NCBI GenBank assembly: GCA_021162085.1
Contig: JAGGZI010000040.1
Span: 1-60,248, forward strand
Reading direction: 5' to 3'
DNA length: 60,248 bases
From: Candidatus Aenigmatarchaeota archaeon
Lineage (GTDB): Archaea; Aenigmatarchaeota; Aenigmatarchaeia; PWEA01; JAGHBM01
The notes under the pieces were generated by a model. It had not been told where the DNA came from, did not search any database, and saw only the letters and a list, made by a program, of their open reading frames with translations. Made by a program: the position numbers and the translations under genes. Of the stretch, positions 9,535-19,007 are shown in pieces. Position 1 is the first letter of the stretch; each line of letters starts with the position of its first letter.

Positions 9535-9789
9535 TTGGGGTGTGTCATCGTGAGGATATCAAGAGATGTTGTATTAAAAGAACATGAATTAAAGAATAGT
9601 CTATTTCCATTCAGGGATATGCAGGATCTGGTCAAGATAAGAAAACCCGTTGTTAAGAGAGTCGGCGATGTCGTCAAGGAATGTCATTTCTTTAAAGAGA
9701 CTGGACAGTGTTTTGGTAGCAGGTGTTTTTGGACCCGGCACGGGAGCTGTCCATTCTACGAGAGAATAAAGAAGACTGGAAAGGTTTAA
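9535..9789 (+). CDS. Small protein with CCCH-like Cys/His cluster
   Basis: C50-x8-C59-x4-C64-x4-H69 followed by GSCPFYE. Start codon uncertain (GTG). 4-nt overlap with the trm1 stop on the opposite strand. Confidence 0.35.
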   Translation: MGCVIVRISRDVVLKEHELKNSLFPFRDMQDLVKIRKPVVKRVGDVVKECHFFKETGQCFGSRCFWTRHGSCPFYERIKKTGKV

Positions 9790-10880
9790 ATGAATTTTAT
9801 AAGTTCTTCGAAACTGGCATTTGTCTTTATGGCAGTTGGACAAAAATGCGTTCTGGATGCCTTAAATCCAGATTCTTTTAAGTCTTTAATTATGTTTTCT
9901 ATTTTCTTTATTTGTTTTCCAGCCTTCTTACATATGTAGTGTGTATCATAGTATAATGAAAATGAAACTTCTTCCCTGATTTTATCTATTAAATTTTTTT
10001 CTTTTACAAACATTCTTTTCTCCATTTTCTTTTTAAGGCTATTAAGGAAGGTCTTGTTCTGTATTTCTCCGAGATATATTTCACAAAATTTTGTTTTGCT
10101 GCCACAGATGGGACATTTTTGATTTAAGGAAGCTCCTCTCCAACCACAATTGAAGCAATGACTTATATATCCAAATTCTTTCATTTCTCTGTTGACTCTT
10201 TTAACTCCTCTTTCAATCTTTCCATAGACTCTAAAGTAATGTCTCCTTGAATAGCTCAGATATGGAGTAAGACTAATCTCGTATCTACTGAACATTTTCA
10301 TCATTGACGAAATGAGTATTCTTATCCCAAGTTCGTTGTAGTAGTCTGGCTTGAATGACTCTATACCATACCTTCTCAGGCAGACCTTTGGATACGTCCC
10401 ACACAGAGGGGCTGTATCAGTTGCTGTAATTGACAGAAATCCCTCCTTTGGAAAACTTCTTGCCGCAGAATCTAAAAAATAAATTGGTGAACCAAATGGA
10501 TCTATATCTATGAAATCAAATTTGTTTTTTCTCATTATTATATTGGCATCTTCGTTTGTTATTTTCATCTCTATGTTGTTTATTTTTAAGTTCTTCTTTA
10601 TCAGTGAAGCTGCCTTCGGATTAGCATCATTTGCCCACGTGTTTATTTCAGATTCTTTTATGTAGCGCAGCGCCCTCACGCCGGTTGCTGAAAGGGCATC
10701 TAACGCTTTGATATCATTTCTTTTTTTGTTTAGTATCTCTGGAAGGAGGTCAGCGACGCACGTAGAGATATTTCTATCGAACGTCATTATGGGATTATAG
10801 AAAACTTCTCCCTCTTCTGATTTCTCTACATTCGGAATTTTTAGTTTTACTTTTCCTTCCTTGATTTCTCTAAGTTTCAT
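9786..10880 (-). CDS. trm1: tRNA (guanine26-N2)-dimethyltransferase Trm1
   Basis: FYNPIMTFDRNIS, DALSATGVRALRY, DIDPFGSP and a C-terminal CFNCG...CPICG zinc cluster. Confidence 0.9.
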   Translation of the reverse strand: MKLREIKEGKVKLKIPNVEKSEEGEVFYNPIMTFDRNISTCVADLLPEILNKKRNDIKALDALSATGVRALRYIKESEINTWANDANPKAASLIKKNLKINNIEMKITNEDANIIMRKNKFDFIDIDPFGSPIYFLDSAARSFPKEGFLSITATDTAPLCGTYPKVCLRRYGIESFKPDYYNELGIRILISSMMKMFSRYEISLTPYLSYSRRHYFRVYGKIERGVKRVNREMKEFGYISHCFNCGWRGASLNQKCPICGSKTKFCEIYLGEIQNKTFLNSLKKKMEKRMFVKEKNLIDKIREEVSFSLYYDTHYICKKAGKQIKKIENIIKDLKESGFKASRTHFCPTAIKTNASFEELIKFI

Positions 10881-10943
10881 GTAATAAATTTAATATACGA
10901 CAAATAAAAAACATTTAAATTCTTTTTCTCTTATTAAAGAAAT

Positions 10944-11567
10944 ATGAAATTTCTTTGTTCGTCAGATTTTCATGGCGTCGTACCCATACAGATGAAAGAG
11001 ATAGCCAAACAGCACAACATTAATGCAATTCTTGCTGCAGGCGACTTCTCTCCTCATGGATGGCATGGCGAGGGAGAAAGCGCGGAGGGTCCATTAAGAT
11101 TTTTAATATCCCTTGGATTGCCCGTATTTTGTGTTCATGGTAACATAGACCCTTCTCCAGATTATTTCCTTCATTTAGAAAAGATGTACAAAAATTTTCA
11201 TTATGTTCATTTAAAAAGAGTAAAAATGGGAGACTACTACATTGTTGGTATAGGGGACTTTTATTTCATGTCATCATATGTTTTAGATAAGTTCGAGGAA
11301 TTGTTGAAGAAAAATCCTAAGAAGACCATAGTTATAAGCCACTATCCACCACTTGGAATTCTTGATAAGAGCAACCTCGGGAATCATGCTGGAAGTGAGG
11401 AATTAAGGAATCTTATAGAGAAGTATCAGCCGCTTTTGTTTCTCTGTGGTCATATTCACGAATCGGCCGGAGTTGGTAACATAGGGAGAACAACTGTAAT
11501 AAATGCAGCAATGAAAAATGTATTGGTAGAGATAGAGGACGAAGAAGTTAATGTCTCTTTAGTTTAA
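10944..11567 (+). CDS. Calcineurin-like metallophosphoesterase
   Basis: SSDFHG, AGDF, VHGNID and CGHIHE motifs. Confidence 0.75.
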   Translation: MKFLCSSDFHGVVPIQMKEIAKQHNINAILAAGDFSPHGWHGEGESAEGPLRFLISLGLPVFCVHGNIDPSPDYFLHLEKMYKNFHYVHLKRVKMGDYYIVGIGDFYFMSSYVLDKFEELLKKNPKKTIVISHYPPLGILDKSNLGNHAGSEELRNLIEKYQPLLFLCGHIHESAGVGNIGRTTVINAAMKNVLVEIEDEEVNVSLV

Positions 11568-11576
11568 GGTCATAAA

Positions 11577-12785
11577 TTATTTCTTCTTCTCATTTGAATC
11601 TTTTGCAGTCTCTTTGACCTTTTTTACCTTTTCTCTTTCAACTGCAATCTTCTTGACGTTGTCTATGAATCTCCTAACGTACTCCTTACTTAAGTTTATG
11701 TCTCTCTCACTGATTTCGTCAAGTTTTTTATCGTTTGCCATCTTCTTCATTTCAAGTATTTTGAAGAACACGTTTTCATAGATGGGATTCATTAATCCGG
11801 AGTCAATTAAGTGTTTTTTAAATGCAGATGGTAATTCTTTTGGATCTTCCGGTAACTTATTTATGGTTTTAAGCGCAGCCACGCTTGCCTTTATCATTAT
11901 CTCGTATGTTTTTTCTATGTCAGAAGTCTTCCTTCTGTTCTCAAGAACCTTTAGAATTCTCTCCATTTCCTTCACGAATTCTTTGGCCCTCTTTATGAAC
12001 TTGTCTACTTCTTCACCCTTTATTTCCTTTATTTCTCTGTGTTCGGTGGCTTTCCTGAATTTTACTATATCTTCAAGAATCTTTATGTATTCCTCTTTTG
12101 TCAGTCCATTCTCCACGAGGTATTTTCTTCCCACCTCAGGTGCATGGTTCGCATCTGGTGGTCCTCTGCCCATGTACATTACCACTGCCTGTAGTGAGTC
12201 TAAGACAGCATAGTAAAGGTCTTCTGCAACTATGTACAGTTTTGCATGTTCGGCTCTTCTCAACCTTTTTGGAACGTTTTCCATCCTGCTCTCTACAGCT
12301 TCCTTCGTGATTGGTATCTCTCCCATTTCAAGCAATCTCTTGTTGGTTAAGAAGAATCCAGTATCGTATACCGCTATTCCATCCTTAAGCAGATTGTATG
12401 CGAGCGGGGAGGTTCTTCTTATCATGCTCATAAATTCCGTTATCGTCCATACTGGCTGTGGAGAGAGTTTTTCATCTGTTTCCTCTGCAACCTTAAACAT
12501 GAAGTCATCTATTTCTGCTCTCAACTTCTTGGTGAAATCTCTTCTCGTATCGTCAACAAGAACAACAACATCAATATCACTTTTGCTTGTGAACTCGTTT
12601 CTCACAACGCTTCCCCAGGCAACAATGGACTTTATGAATGGTCCGTATTTTTCAAGAAGTCTCTTACTGAATTTTTTTATAATTTCAGCCCTTCTTCGCT
12701 TTTCAAAATCTTTTATTTTTTTGGCGGTTTTTCTTTTTATCTTGGTTTTACTTTCGAGTGTTTTCTTTTTGAATTTTACCTCCAT
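11577..12785 (-). CDS. Nucleotidyltransferase (MNT-type) fused to HEPN-like helical domains
   Basis: VAWGSVVRNEFTSKSDIDVVVLVDD (GS-x10-DxD pol-beta-type NTase). Downstream R-x5-H (RLRRAEH) lies in a helical region. K-rich termini. Confidence 0.6.
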   Translation of the reverse strand: MEVKFKKKTLESKTKIKRKTAKKIKDFEKRRRAEIIKKFSKRLLEKYGPFIKSIVAWGSVVRNEFTSKSDIDVVVLVDDTRRDFTKKLRAEIDDFMFKVAEETDEKLSPQPVWTITEFMSMIRRTSPLAYNLLKDGIAVYDTGFFLTNKRLLEMGEIPITKEAVESRMENVPKRLRRAEHAKLYIVAEDLYYAVLDSLQAVVMYMGRGPPDANHAPEVGRKYLVENGLTKEEYIKILEDIVKFRKATEHREIKEIKGEEVDKFIKRAKEFVKEMERILKVLENRRKTSDIEKTYEIMIKASVAALKTINKLPEDPKELPSAFKKHLIDSGLMNPIYENVFFKILEMKKMANDKKLDEISERDINLSKEYVRRFIDNVKKIAVEREKVKKVKETAKDSNEKKK

Positions 12786-12838
12786 GTTAACACCATTAAG
12801 TAATAACTAATAATAGTTGTACAATCTACTATATAAAC

Positions 12839-14380
12839 TTATCGGTGTTCTTCTTTCTTCCATGTTTCAGGTCTAACTCTCTTCTTCTCCATAGCTTCCT
12901 TTCCAAGCCATGTGTGGTTTAACTCAGGAAGTTCAAACATTCCCTGAATGGGATCAAAGGCATGCGATTTCACAACCCTTTTTTCATGTTCCATCTCTGC
13001 AGGTGTTAGACCAAAGAATTCATCTGGTAGTTCATCGGGCGGTATATCCATCGTAAGATATTTTGCTATGTCTTTCAAAGTTATGACTATTTGCTCATAC
13101 AGTCTTGGTTCCTCATACCCACCCCTCTCGAATATGAATATACCATGCTCAAATCCCTTTTGTCTCAACGTCCATATGAGTTTGTAGAGATACACGTCTC
13201 CACGAGGTGATGGTGCATGAGTATGGGCTGGCACAGGTATGGTACCAACGTGTAGTGTTAGCACGTATTTTCCTAAATCGCTTGGTGCCTTCTCTAAATC
13301 TTTTAATGGATCTATTCCCTGTGTTGCTTCATGTTCAAAATCTATGAGTATTCTGACATACGGAGAATTGATATGCTTAACCACATGATAGATTTCTGTT
13401 GAACTTTGTAGCCTATAATATCCTGCATATTGGCCGCCCCTTGCATCAGGGCTCTCCAGTGTAATTATAACATTTTTTTCTTCTAATTTTTCTAGAAATT
13501 TTTTAAGGTGACCTGCAACATACCTTGCAGACACAGCGGCAATTGCCTTTTCTTCTTCGACATCCTCATAACCTTTATTTCCACAGTAAGCCTTCCATAA
13601 TGGGTCCTTGGTCTCGTGCATCCATCTCCCCATTATTTCAAATGCCCAGTCTTCGACTCCATGGTCTCTCCACGGTTGATTATGAATATCTTTTTTGAAG
13701 GTTTCCATCGCTTTATCAATTCCCTCTTTTTTCAATTCCTCATATTTTTTTTCAAATTCTTCCATACTTATTTCTTTTCTATTCACCGCTTTTTCCAGAG
13801 CATCCATTTTTAGTAGTATTTCTCTTGGGAAGTAAACTGTTATGGACCTCCCGAATATGTCTCTAAGAAAGATATTTATGAACCATTCCTTTAATTTTGG
13901 AGTTTTGTCAGAAATCTTTTTTATTATGTTGTCTCCATTTTCGTCAACCAAAAAGTCATACCTTCTTGGAATTGGATACATCCTTGGTATTGCGAGAACA
14001 GATGCGTGGAAGTTAATGTATTTGGCCTTTATTTTTGCTCCAGCATCTATATACAGATTCAATTTCTTTTCTGCATCCTTGTAGTCTATATCACATGGAG
14101 AGGTTATGTAAACATCCAGTCCGCCATGCATACCAAGTGTTACGCCAAGTCTTTTTCTTACGAGATTTATTTCATCTATCTCTTTCTTTGTCAGAGCGAC
14201 TGGATGTTCGACCATTAATTCTATAAATTCAGTGCCCTTCATAACAGAGTATCCTAATCTACCTGCGAGCGTAGGATATTGTCTTGGCATTCCTGTGGAT
14301 ACACCAACTACGTAGTCCATTTTTGGTTCTGGGCTCTCATCTTTTTTGGATGTTATCTTTTCTATTATTTTTTTAATCAT
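12839..14380 (-). CDS. Xylose-isomerase-like TIM-barrel protein with a large K/E-rich insertion
   Basis: Pattern of metal-ligand-like motifs (NFHAS, LESPD, IDFEHE, LHVG, FERGG) resembling the AP-endonuclease-2/sugar-phosphate-isomerase fold. About 140 aa are inserted between barrel segments. Assignment is tentative. Confidence 0.45.
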   Translation of the reverse strand: MIKKIIEKITSKKDESPEPKMDYVVGVSTGMPRQYPTLAGRLGYSVMKGTEFIELMVEHPVALTKKEIDEINLVRKRLGVTLGMHGGLDVYITSPCDIDYKDAEKKLNLYIDAGAKIKAKYINFHASVLAIPRMYPIPRRYDFLVDENGDNIIKKISDKTPKLKEWFINIFLRDIFGRSITVYFPREILLKMDALEKAVNRKEISMEEFEKKYEELKKEGIDKAMETFKKDIHNQPWRDHGVEDWAFEIMGRWMHETKDPLWKAYCGNKGYEDVEEEKAIAAVSARYVAGHLKKFLEKLEEKNVIITLESPDARGGQYAGYYRLQSSTEIYHVVKHINSPYVRILIDFEHEATQGIDPLKDLEKAPSDLGKYVLTLHVGTIPVPAHTHAPSPRGDVYLYKLIWTLRQKGFEHGIFIFERGGYEEPRLYEQIVITLKDIAKYLTMDIPPDELPDEFFGLTPAEMEHEKRVVKSHAFDPIQGMFELPELNHTWLGKEAMEKKRVRPETWKKEEHR

Positions 14381-14384
14381 ACAT

Positions 14385-15599
14385 TCACCAATGTCTCTTT
14401 AGTTTCAATCCACCAATCAAGTCTTTCAATTCATCATAAAATTCTATGAAGTCCCTTCTTATGATATCCTTCAATTCACCTTCTAATCCCTTTGGAAGAT
14501 AAAACTCACCCTCAATTGGCTTTCCAATTATTGCCCTTATCGACTTCTCAATAGATATGATTAATTCACTTCTTTTCTTACTTTTTTCTTTTTTACCTTC
14601 AGTTTCTTCTTCAACTTCTTCCTCACCCTTCAGTTCCTTTATCTCTTTCCACAGTAATTCCTCTCTTTCCTTTATTTTTTTCTCTATTTCTTCAATTTCC
14701 TTCCGAGTCTTGAGATAAACTTTGAATGTTATTTCCATTTTCTCCGTTTCCTTACCGGATAGGAATAGGGTTTTTCTCTTTATGTTTATTTCAATATAAG
14801 AGTAGAATTTGTATTTCTCTTTGTTGTATTCAAACTCCTTCTCTGATGATATACCCTTCCAGCAGAAAAGCTCGACCCCAGCAACCGTTGTGCTATATCC
14901 TTCTATGAGGTTTGGGTCATCGAGCCCAACGTACTCGTTCTCTGAGAATTTTATCTTGTTTATTGCCTTTATGTAGGGGTTCAAGAGCTCTTTGTACATC
15001 TTCAGAGAAGCCTTTCTACTGTTCAACTGTTCTTTTAACATCCTAACCTTTTCATCAATTTCCTTTCCATATATTTCTTTCCAATATTTGTAGAGTCTCC
15101 ATTTCTTTTTTAATATACCTTTCTCCGTTTGAGATACCTTGAGTTTCTTTATGTCGTCTTCCTTTTTTATTTTGTAGAAATCGACAACAATTGTTGGGAA
15201 TTTTCCACTGGTTGCAAGGTCTATTAAACTTAATGCTCCAGTGTTTCTATCCACAAGGTCAACAAAATCAGACTTGAGTATATGTTCGTCCTTTTCTTCG
15301 AAATGTCTCTTAACTTCTTCTAATTTTCTTAGATCATGTTTTATGAGCTCTATATCTCTTCTCATATCGCTTATGTTGATTAAAGTTCTTGCTATGCTTT
15401 GCTCGATTGCTTGCTTTTTCTGCATCATCTCCTGATGGTAATTACTTCTTGGATTTACTTCAAGCCAGTCCTTATATTTTTTAATCGTGTAATGCCTATT
15501 TTTGAGTAGTTTGATCATTTTAAAGTATATGTTGGTTGGGAATCCAACGTTGCCCTTTATCTTTAAAGTTCTCTCAAGAATAGCTCCCATACGCATCAC
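14385..15599 (-). CDS. Hypothetical coiled-coil protein (404 aa)
   Basis: Long K/E heptad-like stretches flank a beta-rich core. 4-nt gap to the downstream TIM-barrel gene. No family recognised. Confidence 0.45.
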   Translation of the reverse strand: MMRMGAILERTLKIKGNVGFPTNIYFKMIKLLKNRHYTIKKYKDWLEVNPRSNYHQEMMQKKQAIEQSIARTLINISDMRRDIELIKHDLRKLEEVKRHFEEKDEHILKSDFVDLVDRNTGALSLIDLATSGKFPTIVVDFYKIKKEDDIKKLKVSQTEKGILKKKWRLYKYWKEIYGKEIDEKVRMLKEQLNSRKASLKMYKELLNPYIKAINKIKFSENEYVGLDDPNLIEGYSTTVAGVELFCWKGISSEKEFEYNKEKYKFYSYIEINIKRKTLFLSGKETEKMEITFKVYLKTRKEIEEIEKKIKEREELLWKEIKELKGEEEVEEETEGKKEKSKKRSELIISIEKSIRAIIGKPIEGEFYLPKGLEGELKDIIRRDFIEFYDELKDLIGGLKLKRHW

Positions 15600-15602
15600 A
15601 TA

Positions 15603-15637
15603 ATATTTATATAAAGTGATTTTTAATATTTATATCG
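15603..15637. promoter_or_regulatory. Divergent promoter region with two TATA-like boxes
   Basis: TTTATATAAA (15606-15615) and TTTATAT (15629-15635) sit in the 50-bp spacer between divergent starts 15599(-) and 15650(+). Confidence 0.3.
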
Positions 15638-15649
15638 ACAGGCGATTAA

Positions 15650-16024
15650 ATGTTGGATACTCTTAAGAAAATTCTTCATCATGGGAAGAACACGGAACCA
15701 AGAAAACCAATAATAGAGGCAGGTGCTCCAAGAGAGGATTATCACATTCCAGGACCGGAGGATATAAGAAGTCTCCCTGCACCAAATTTTAACGTTGGGA
15801 GAGACATGAATAGAGAAGTGCCAAGGAGGAACGAATATCAGGTGCCAAGAGAGCCAAGATTTGAGCCAACTCCAGAACCCCCAACAATGGTCAGAGAAAA
15901 TAATTTTAGGGGACCAACCAATCTCGATGAAGTTCTTGACGAAATCTTGCGCAGACTTGATGACATAGACAGAAGATTAGCCAACTTGGAGAGAAGTGTT
16001 TCACCTCCATCAAGAAGATATTAA
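15650..16024 (+). CDS. Pro/Arg/Glu-rich disordered protein with C-terminal coiled coil
   Basis: PRE/PEP-rich middle, then LDEVLDEILRRLDDIDRRLANLER at the C-terminus. No family recognised. Confidence 0.4.
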   Translation: MLDTLKKILHHGKNTEPRKPIIEAGAPREDYHIPGPEDIRSLPAPNFNVGRDMNREVPRRNEYQVPREPRFEPTPEPPTMVRENNFRGPTNLDEVLDEILRRLDDIDRRLANLERSVSPPSRRY

Positions 16025-17763
16025 TTGGTGTAATAATATTTTTTGTTTTCCTTTTGTTCTCTGTCTTTAACAGAGTTAGGCTTGTTTGCTCTTGGTCTTC
16101 CGTTTTCAGGATCTCTTCTGAACGTTATATCAACTTCTTTTAAAAATGTATTGAAAGAAGATTTCAAATCCATTGGTGGGAGGGCATGACCTTTCTTTCC
16201 AGGGATGCCCATGAATACAATACCCTTCTGTGATATGTAATCAAGGAATAGTATGTCGTGGTCTATGACCATTGCAGTTGCCTCTCTAAGGAACATCACT
16301 TTTTGAATTATTTTTGCCACTGAGAGCCTCTGCTCAACATCTAAATAAGCGGATGGTTCATCAAGAAGGTACAGATCAGCATCTTGCATGAGGCACAGGG
16401 CGATTGCAAGCTTCTGTAGTTCACCACCGCTTAGCTCAGATGCCCTTGAGTGAAAGAGATTAGGGAGATTCAATGGCTCAATTACAGAATTCTTGAATTT
16501 CTCAAAATTTTTATTCTTTCTCAAGATTTCGCCAACGGTCCCGTTGTAGTTGGTGTATATGTACTGTGGTTTGTAACTTATTGATACTTTAGGACTTATG
16601 GTTCCTTCATCAGGTTTTATTTCTCCTGCGAGTATTTTGGCGAACGTTGTTTTTCCAAGGGCGTTCGCTCCGAATATACCAATAACATCTTTTTGGTTTA
16701 TTTCTCCGGAGTCAACCTCCAGGGTGAAGTCACCAAGTTTTTTCTTTATGTTCGAGAATTTCAATAAGGTGGGGCTCTCTTTGTCCTTTGTCGGTGCAAT
16801 GACCTCAAAAATAATTGGTTCGCTTCTTATCTTCACATTATCTTCTTTTATGTAACCATCCAGGAATATATTTATTCCAGTTCTCACCATGTATGGCTTG
16901 CTTACAATACCATACACACCAGGCACACCATAGAAAACATGTATTTGGTCTGCCATGAAATCAAGTGTTGCAAGGTCATGTTCCACAACAATCACGGTTT
17001 TTTCTTTTCCTATTTCTCTTATCAACTTTCCAACTTCCATTCTTTCCCTGACGTCCAAATAAGATGATGGCTCATCTATGAAGTAAAATTCAGCATCCAT
17101 TGAAAGAGCTATTGCTATGGCAAGTCTCTGGAGTTCTCCGCCTGATAGGTCGGTAGTCTTCCTGTCAAGAATGTATTCAATGGATAGTTTTCTTAATATG
17201 TCCTCTGCCACATCGTTTTTTATGATCTTACTAACCTTCCCACCATAAACCTTTGATATTTCATCGACCTGCTGTGGTTTGTATACAGTTTTCATTCCCT
17301 CTGAAAGATTTTCAAAATATTTTTGTAGTTCGTTACCACGAAACATTTTGGATACATCTTTCCAGTCGCTCTCTTCTCCTTCCCTTCCAAAATTTGGCTT
17401 GATTCTCCCGGAGAGAATTTTTAGTGCCGTTGTCTTTCCAGTTCCATTGGGTCCAAGAAGTCCGATGATCTTTCCAGGGACTGGAATTGGCAGGCGATAT
17501 AGAGCAAATCCGTTCTTTCCAAACCTGTGTACTGGACTTTCTTTCAGAGCCTCGGGAAGATTGACAATTTTAATGGCATTGAATGGACATTTCTTTACAC
17601 ATATTCCACAACCAATACAAAGATTTTCATCGATAACAGGTTTTCCATCTTCCCTCTTGGTTATGCATTCATCTCCGGCGCGATTCCTCGGACAGAACCT
17701 GATGCACTCATAACTGCATTTTTTAGGGTTACACTTCTTATAATCAATGACGGCAATTCTCAT
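16021..17763 (-). CDS. abce1: ABCE1 / RNase L inhibitor-type ribosome recycling ATPase
   Basis: N-terminal 4Fe-4S ferredoxin cysteines (CNPKKCSYECIRFCP, CIGCGICVKKCP). Two ABC cassettes (GPNGTGKTT, GANALGKTT, two LSGGELQ signatures). Confidence 0.95.
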   Translation of the reverse strand: MRIAVIDYKKCNPKKCSYECIRFCPRNRAGDECITKREDGKPVIDENLCIGCGICVKKCPFNAIKIVNLPEALKESPVHRFGKNGFALYRLPIPVPGKIIGLLGPNGTGKTTALKILSGRIKPNFGREGEESDWKDVSKMFRGNELQKYFENLSEGMKTVYKPQQVDEISKVYGGKVSKIIKNDVAEDILRKLSIEYILDRKTTDLSGGELQRLAIAIALSMDAEFYFIDEPSSYLDVRERMEVGKLIREIGKEKTVIVVEHDLATLDFMADQIHVFYGVPGVYGIVSKPYMVRTGINIFLDGYIKEDNVKIRSEPIIFEVIAPTKDKESPTLLKFSNIKKKLGDFTLEVDSGEINQKDVIGIFGANALGKTTFAKILAGEIKPDEGTISPKVSISYKPQYIYTNYNGTVGEILRKNKNFEKFKNSVIEPLNLPNLFHSRASELSGGELQKLAIALCLMQDADLYLLDEPSAYLDVEQRLSVAKIIQKVMFLREATAMVIDHDILFLDYISQKGIVFMGIPGKKGHALPPMDLKSSFNTFLKEVDITFRRDPENGRPRANKPNSVKDREQKENKKYYYTN

Positions 17764-17826
17764 AATATTAAAAAGGCAAAAAGATATTTAAAAAACTTTT
17801 AATTTTATTAAGATTCAATTATATTC

Positions 17827-19005
17827 ATGGTTCTCATAGCACTCGTGGGAAAGACCAACGTGGGGAAGTCTACGTTCTTTAATGCAGCTACTATGGTAGA
17901 TGTTGAAATATCAAATAGAATTTTCACAACAATAAAGCCCAATGAGGGAGTTGGATATGTAACTACTCCCTGTCCATGTAGGGAACTTGGAAAAAAGTGC
18001 AACCCAAAGAATTCTGAGTGCATAAACGGGACTAGGTTCATACCAATAAAGCTGCTTGATGTAGCTGGCCTGATTCCTGGTGCCCATGAAGGTAAAGGAC
18101 TCGGAAACCAGTTCCTAGATGACTTAAGGCAGGCGCCTGTCTTGATTCACGTTCTCGATATGTCTGGAACCACTGATACCGAGGGTAATCCAACGAAGGG
18201 ACACGACCCTGAGGAAGATATAAGATTCTTTGAGGAAGAACTTAATTTCTGGTATGCGAACATTTTTAAGAGGGAATGGTTTCAAATGGCAAAGCAAACT
18301 GAGATAACCCATTCTGATTTTGAAAAACAAATTATGAGTAGGTTCTCCGGACTTGGTATAAAGAAGGAGGATATTCGCATCGCAATAGAGAAGTCATGTG
18401 TCGATCCAACGAGTCCCACCAAGTGGACGGATGATGATATATTTAGATTTGTAAAGGAGTTAAGGGAAGTTTCCAAGCCAATAATAATAGCAGCCAACAA
18501 GATGGACCTCCCAGATGCAGAGAAGAATTACGAGAGAATTAAAGATAAATATAAATTGGTCATCCCTACATCGGCTGATGCAGAACTAGCGCTAAGAAAG
18601 GCTGCCAAGGCAGGTTTGATAAGCTATATTCCAGGCGACGGCGACTTCAAGGTTACAAAGGAATTATCAGAGAAACAAAAAATAGCATTGATGAGGATAA
18701 GGGAACTTCTAAAGAAGTACGGTTCAACAGGAATACAAAGATGTTTGAATATGGCAGTTTTCGATCTGATGAATTACATAGTTGTTTATCCAGTCGAGGA
18801 TGAGACTCATTGGACAGACAAGAAGGGAAACGTTCTTCCAGATGCGTATCTTGTTCCAGAAGGTACGACTGCTAAGGAGTTTGCATATTTAATTCATACT
18901 GATATAGGAGACAAATTTATTGGAGCCATTGATGCAAGAACAAAGAGAAAGGTTGGAGCTGACCATGTTTTGAAAAATGGAGATGTAATAAAAATTTTAA
19001 CGTGA
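17827..19005 (+). CDS. Obg-like GTPase (YchF/Ygr210 branch) with C-terminal TGS domain
   Basis: G1 GKTNVGKST, G3 DVAGLIPGAHEGKGLGNQFL, G4 NKMD. C-terminal GDVIKI TGS-like end. Confidence 0.8.
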   Translation: MVLIALVGKTNVGKSTFFNAATMVDVEISNRIFTTIKPNEGVGYVTTPCPCRELGKKCNPKNSECINGTRFIPIKLLDVAGLIPGAHEGKGLGNQFLDDLRQAPVLIHVLDMSGTTDTEGNPTKGHDPEEDIRFFEEELNFWYANIFKREWFQMAKQTEITHSDFEKQIMSRFSGLGIKKEDIRIAIEKSCVDPTSPTKWTDDDIFRFVKELREVSKPIIIAANKMDLPDAEKNYERIKDKYKLVIPTSADAELALRKAAKAGLISYIPGDGDFKVTKELSEKQKIALMRIRELLKKYGSTGIQRCLNMAVFDLMNYIVVYPVEDETHWTDKKGNVLPDAYLVPEGTTAKEFAYLIHTDIGDKFIGAIDARTKRKVGADHVLKNGDVIKILT

Positions 19006-19007
19006 TC

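Noticed and set aside
11782-12810. Long ORF-track entries (143, 70 and 192 aa) antisense to the nucleotidyltransferase gene. Similar antisense ORFs lie opposite abce1, rad50, herA, rrp41/42, the ATPase and others.
   Set aside because: Their translations are F/L/S/I-rich low-complexity strings. That is the expected mirror image of K/E/R-rich (AAG/GAA/AGA) coding sequence. They have no SD or start context and overlap well-supported genes completely.
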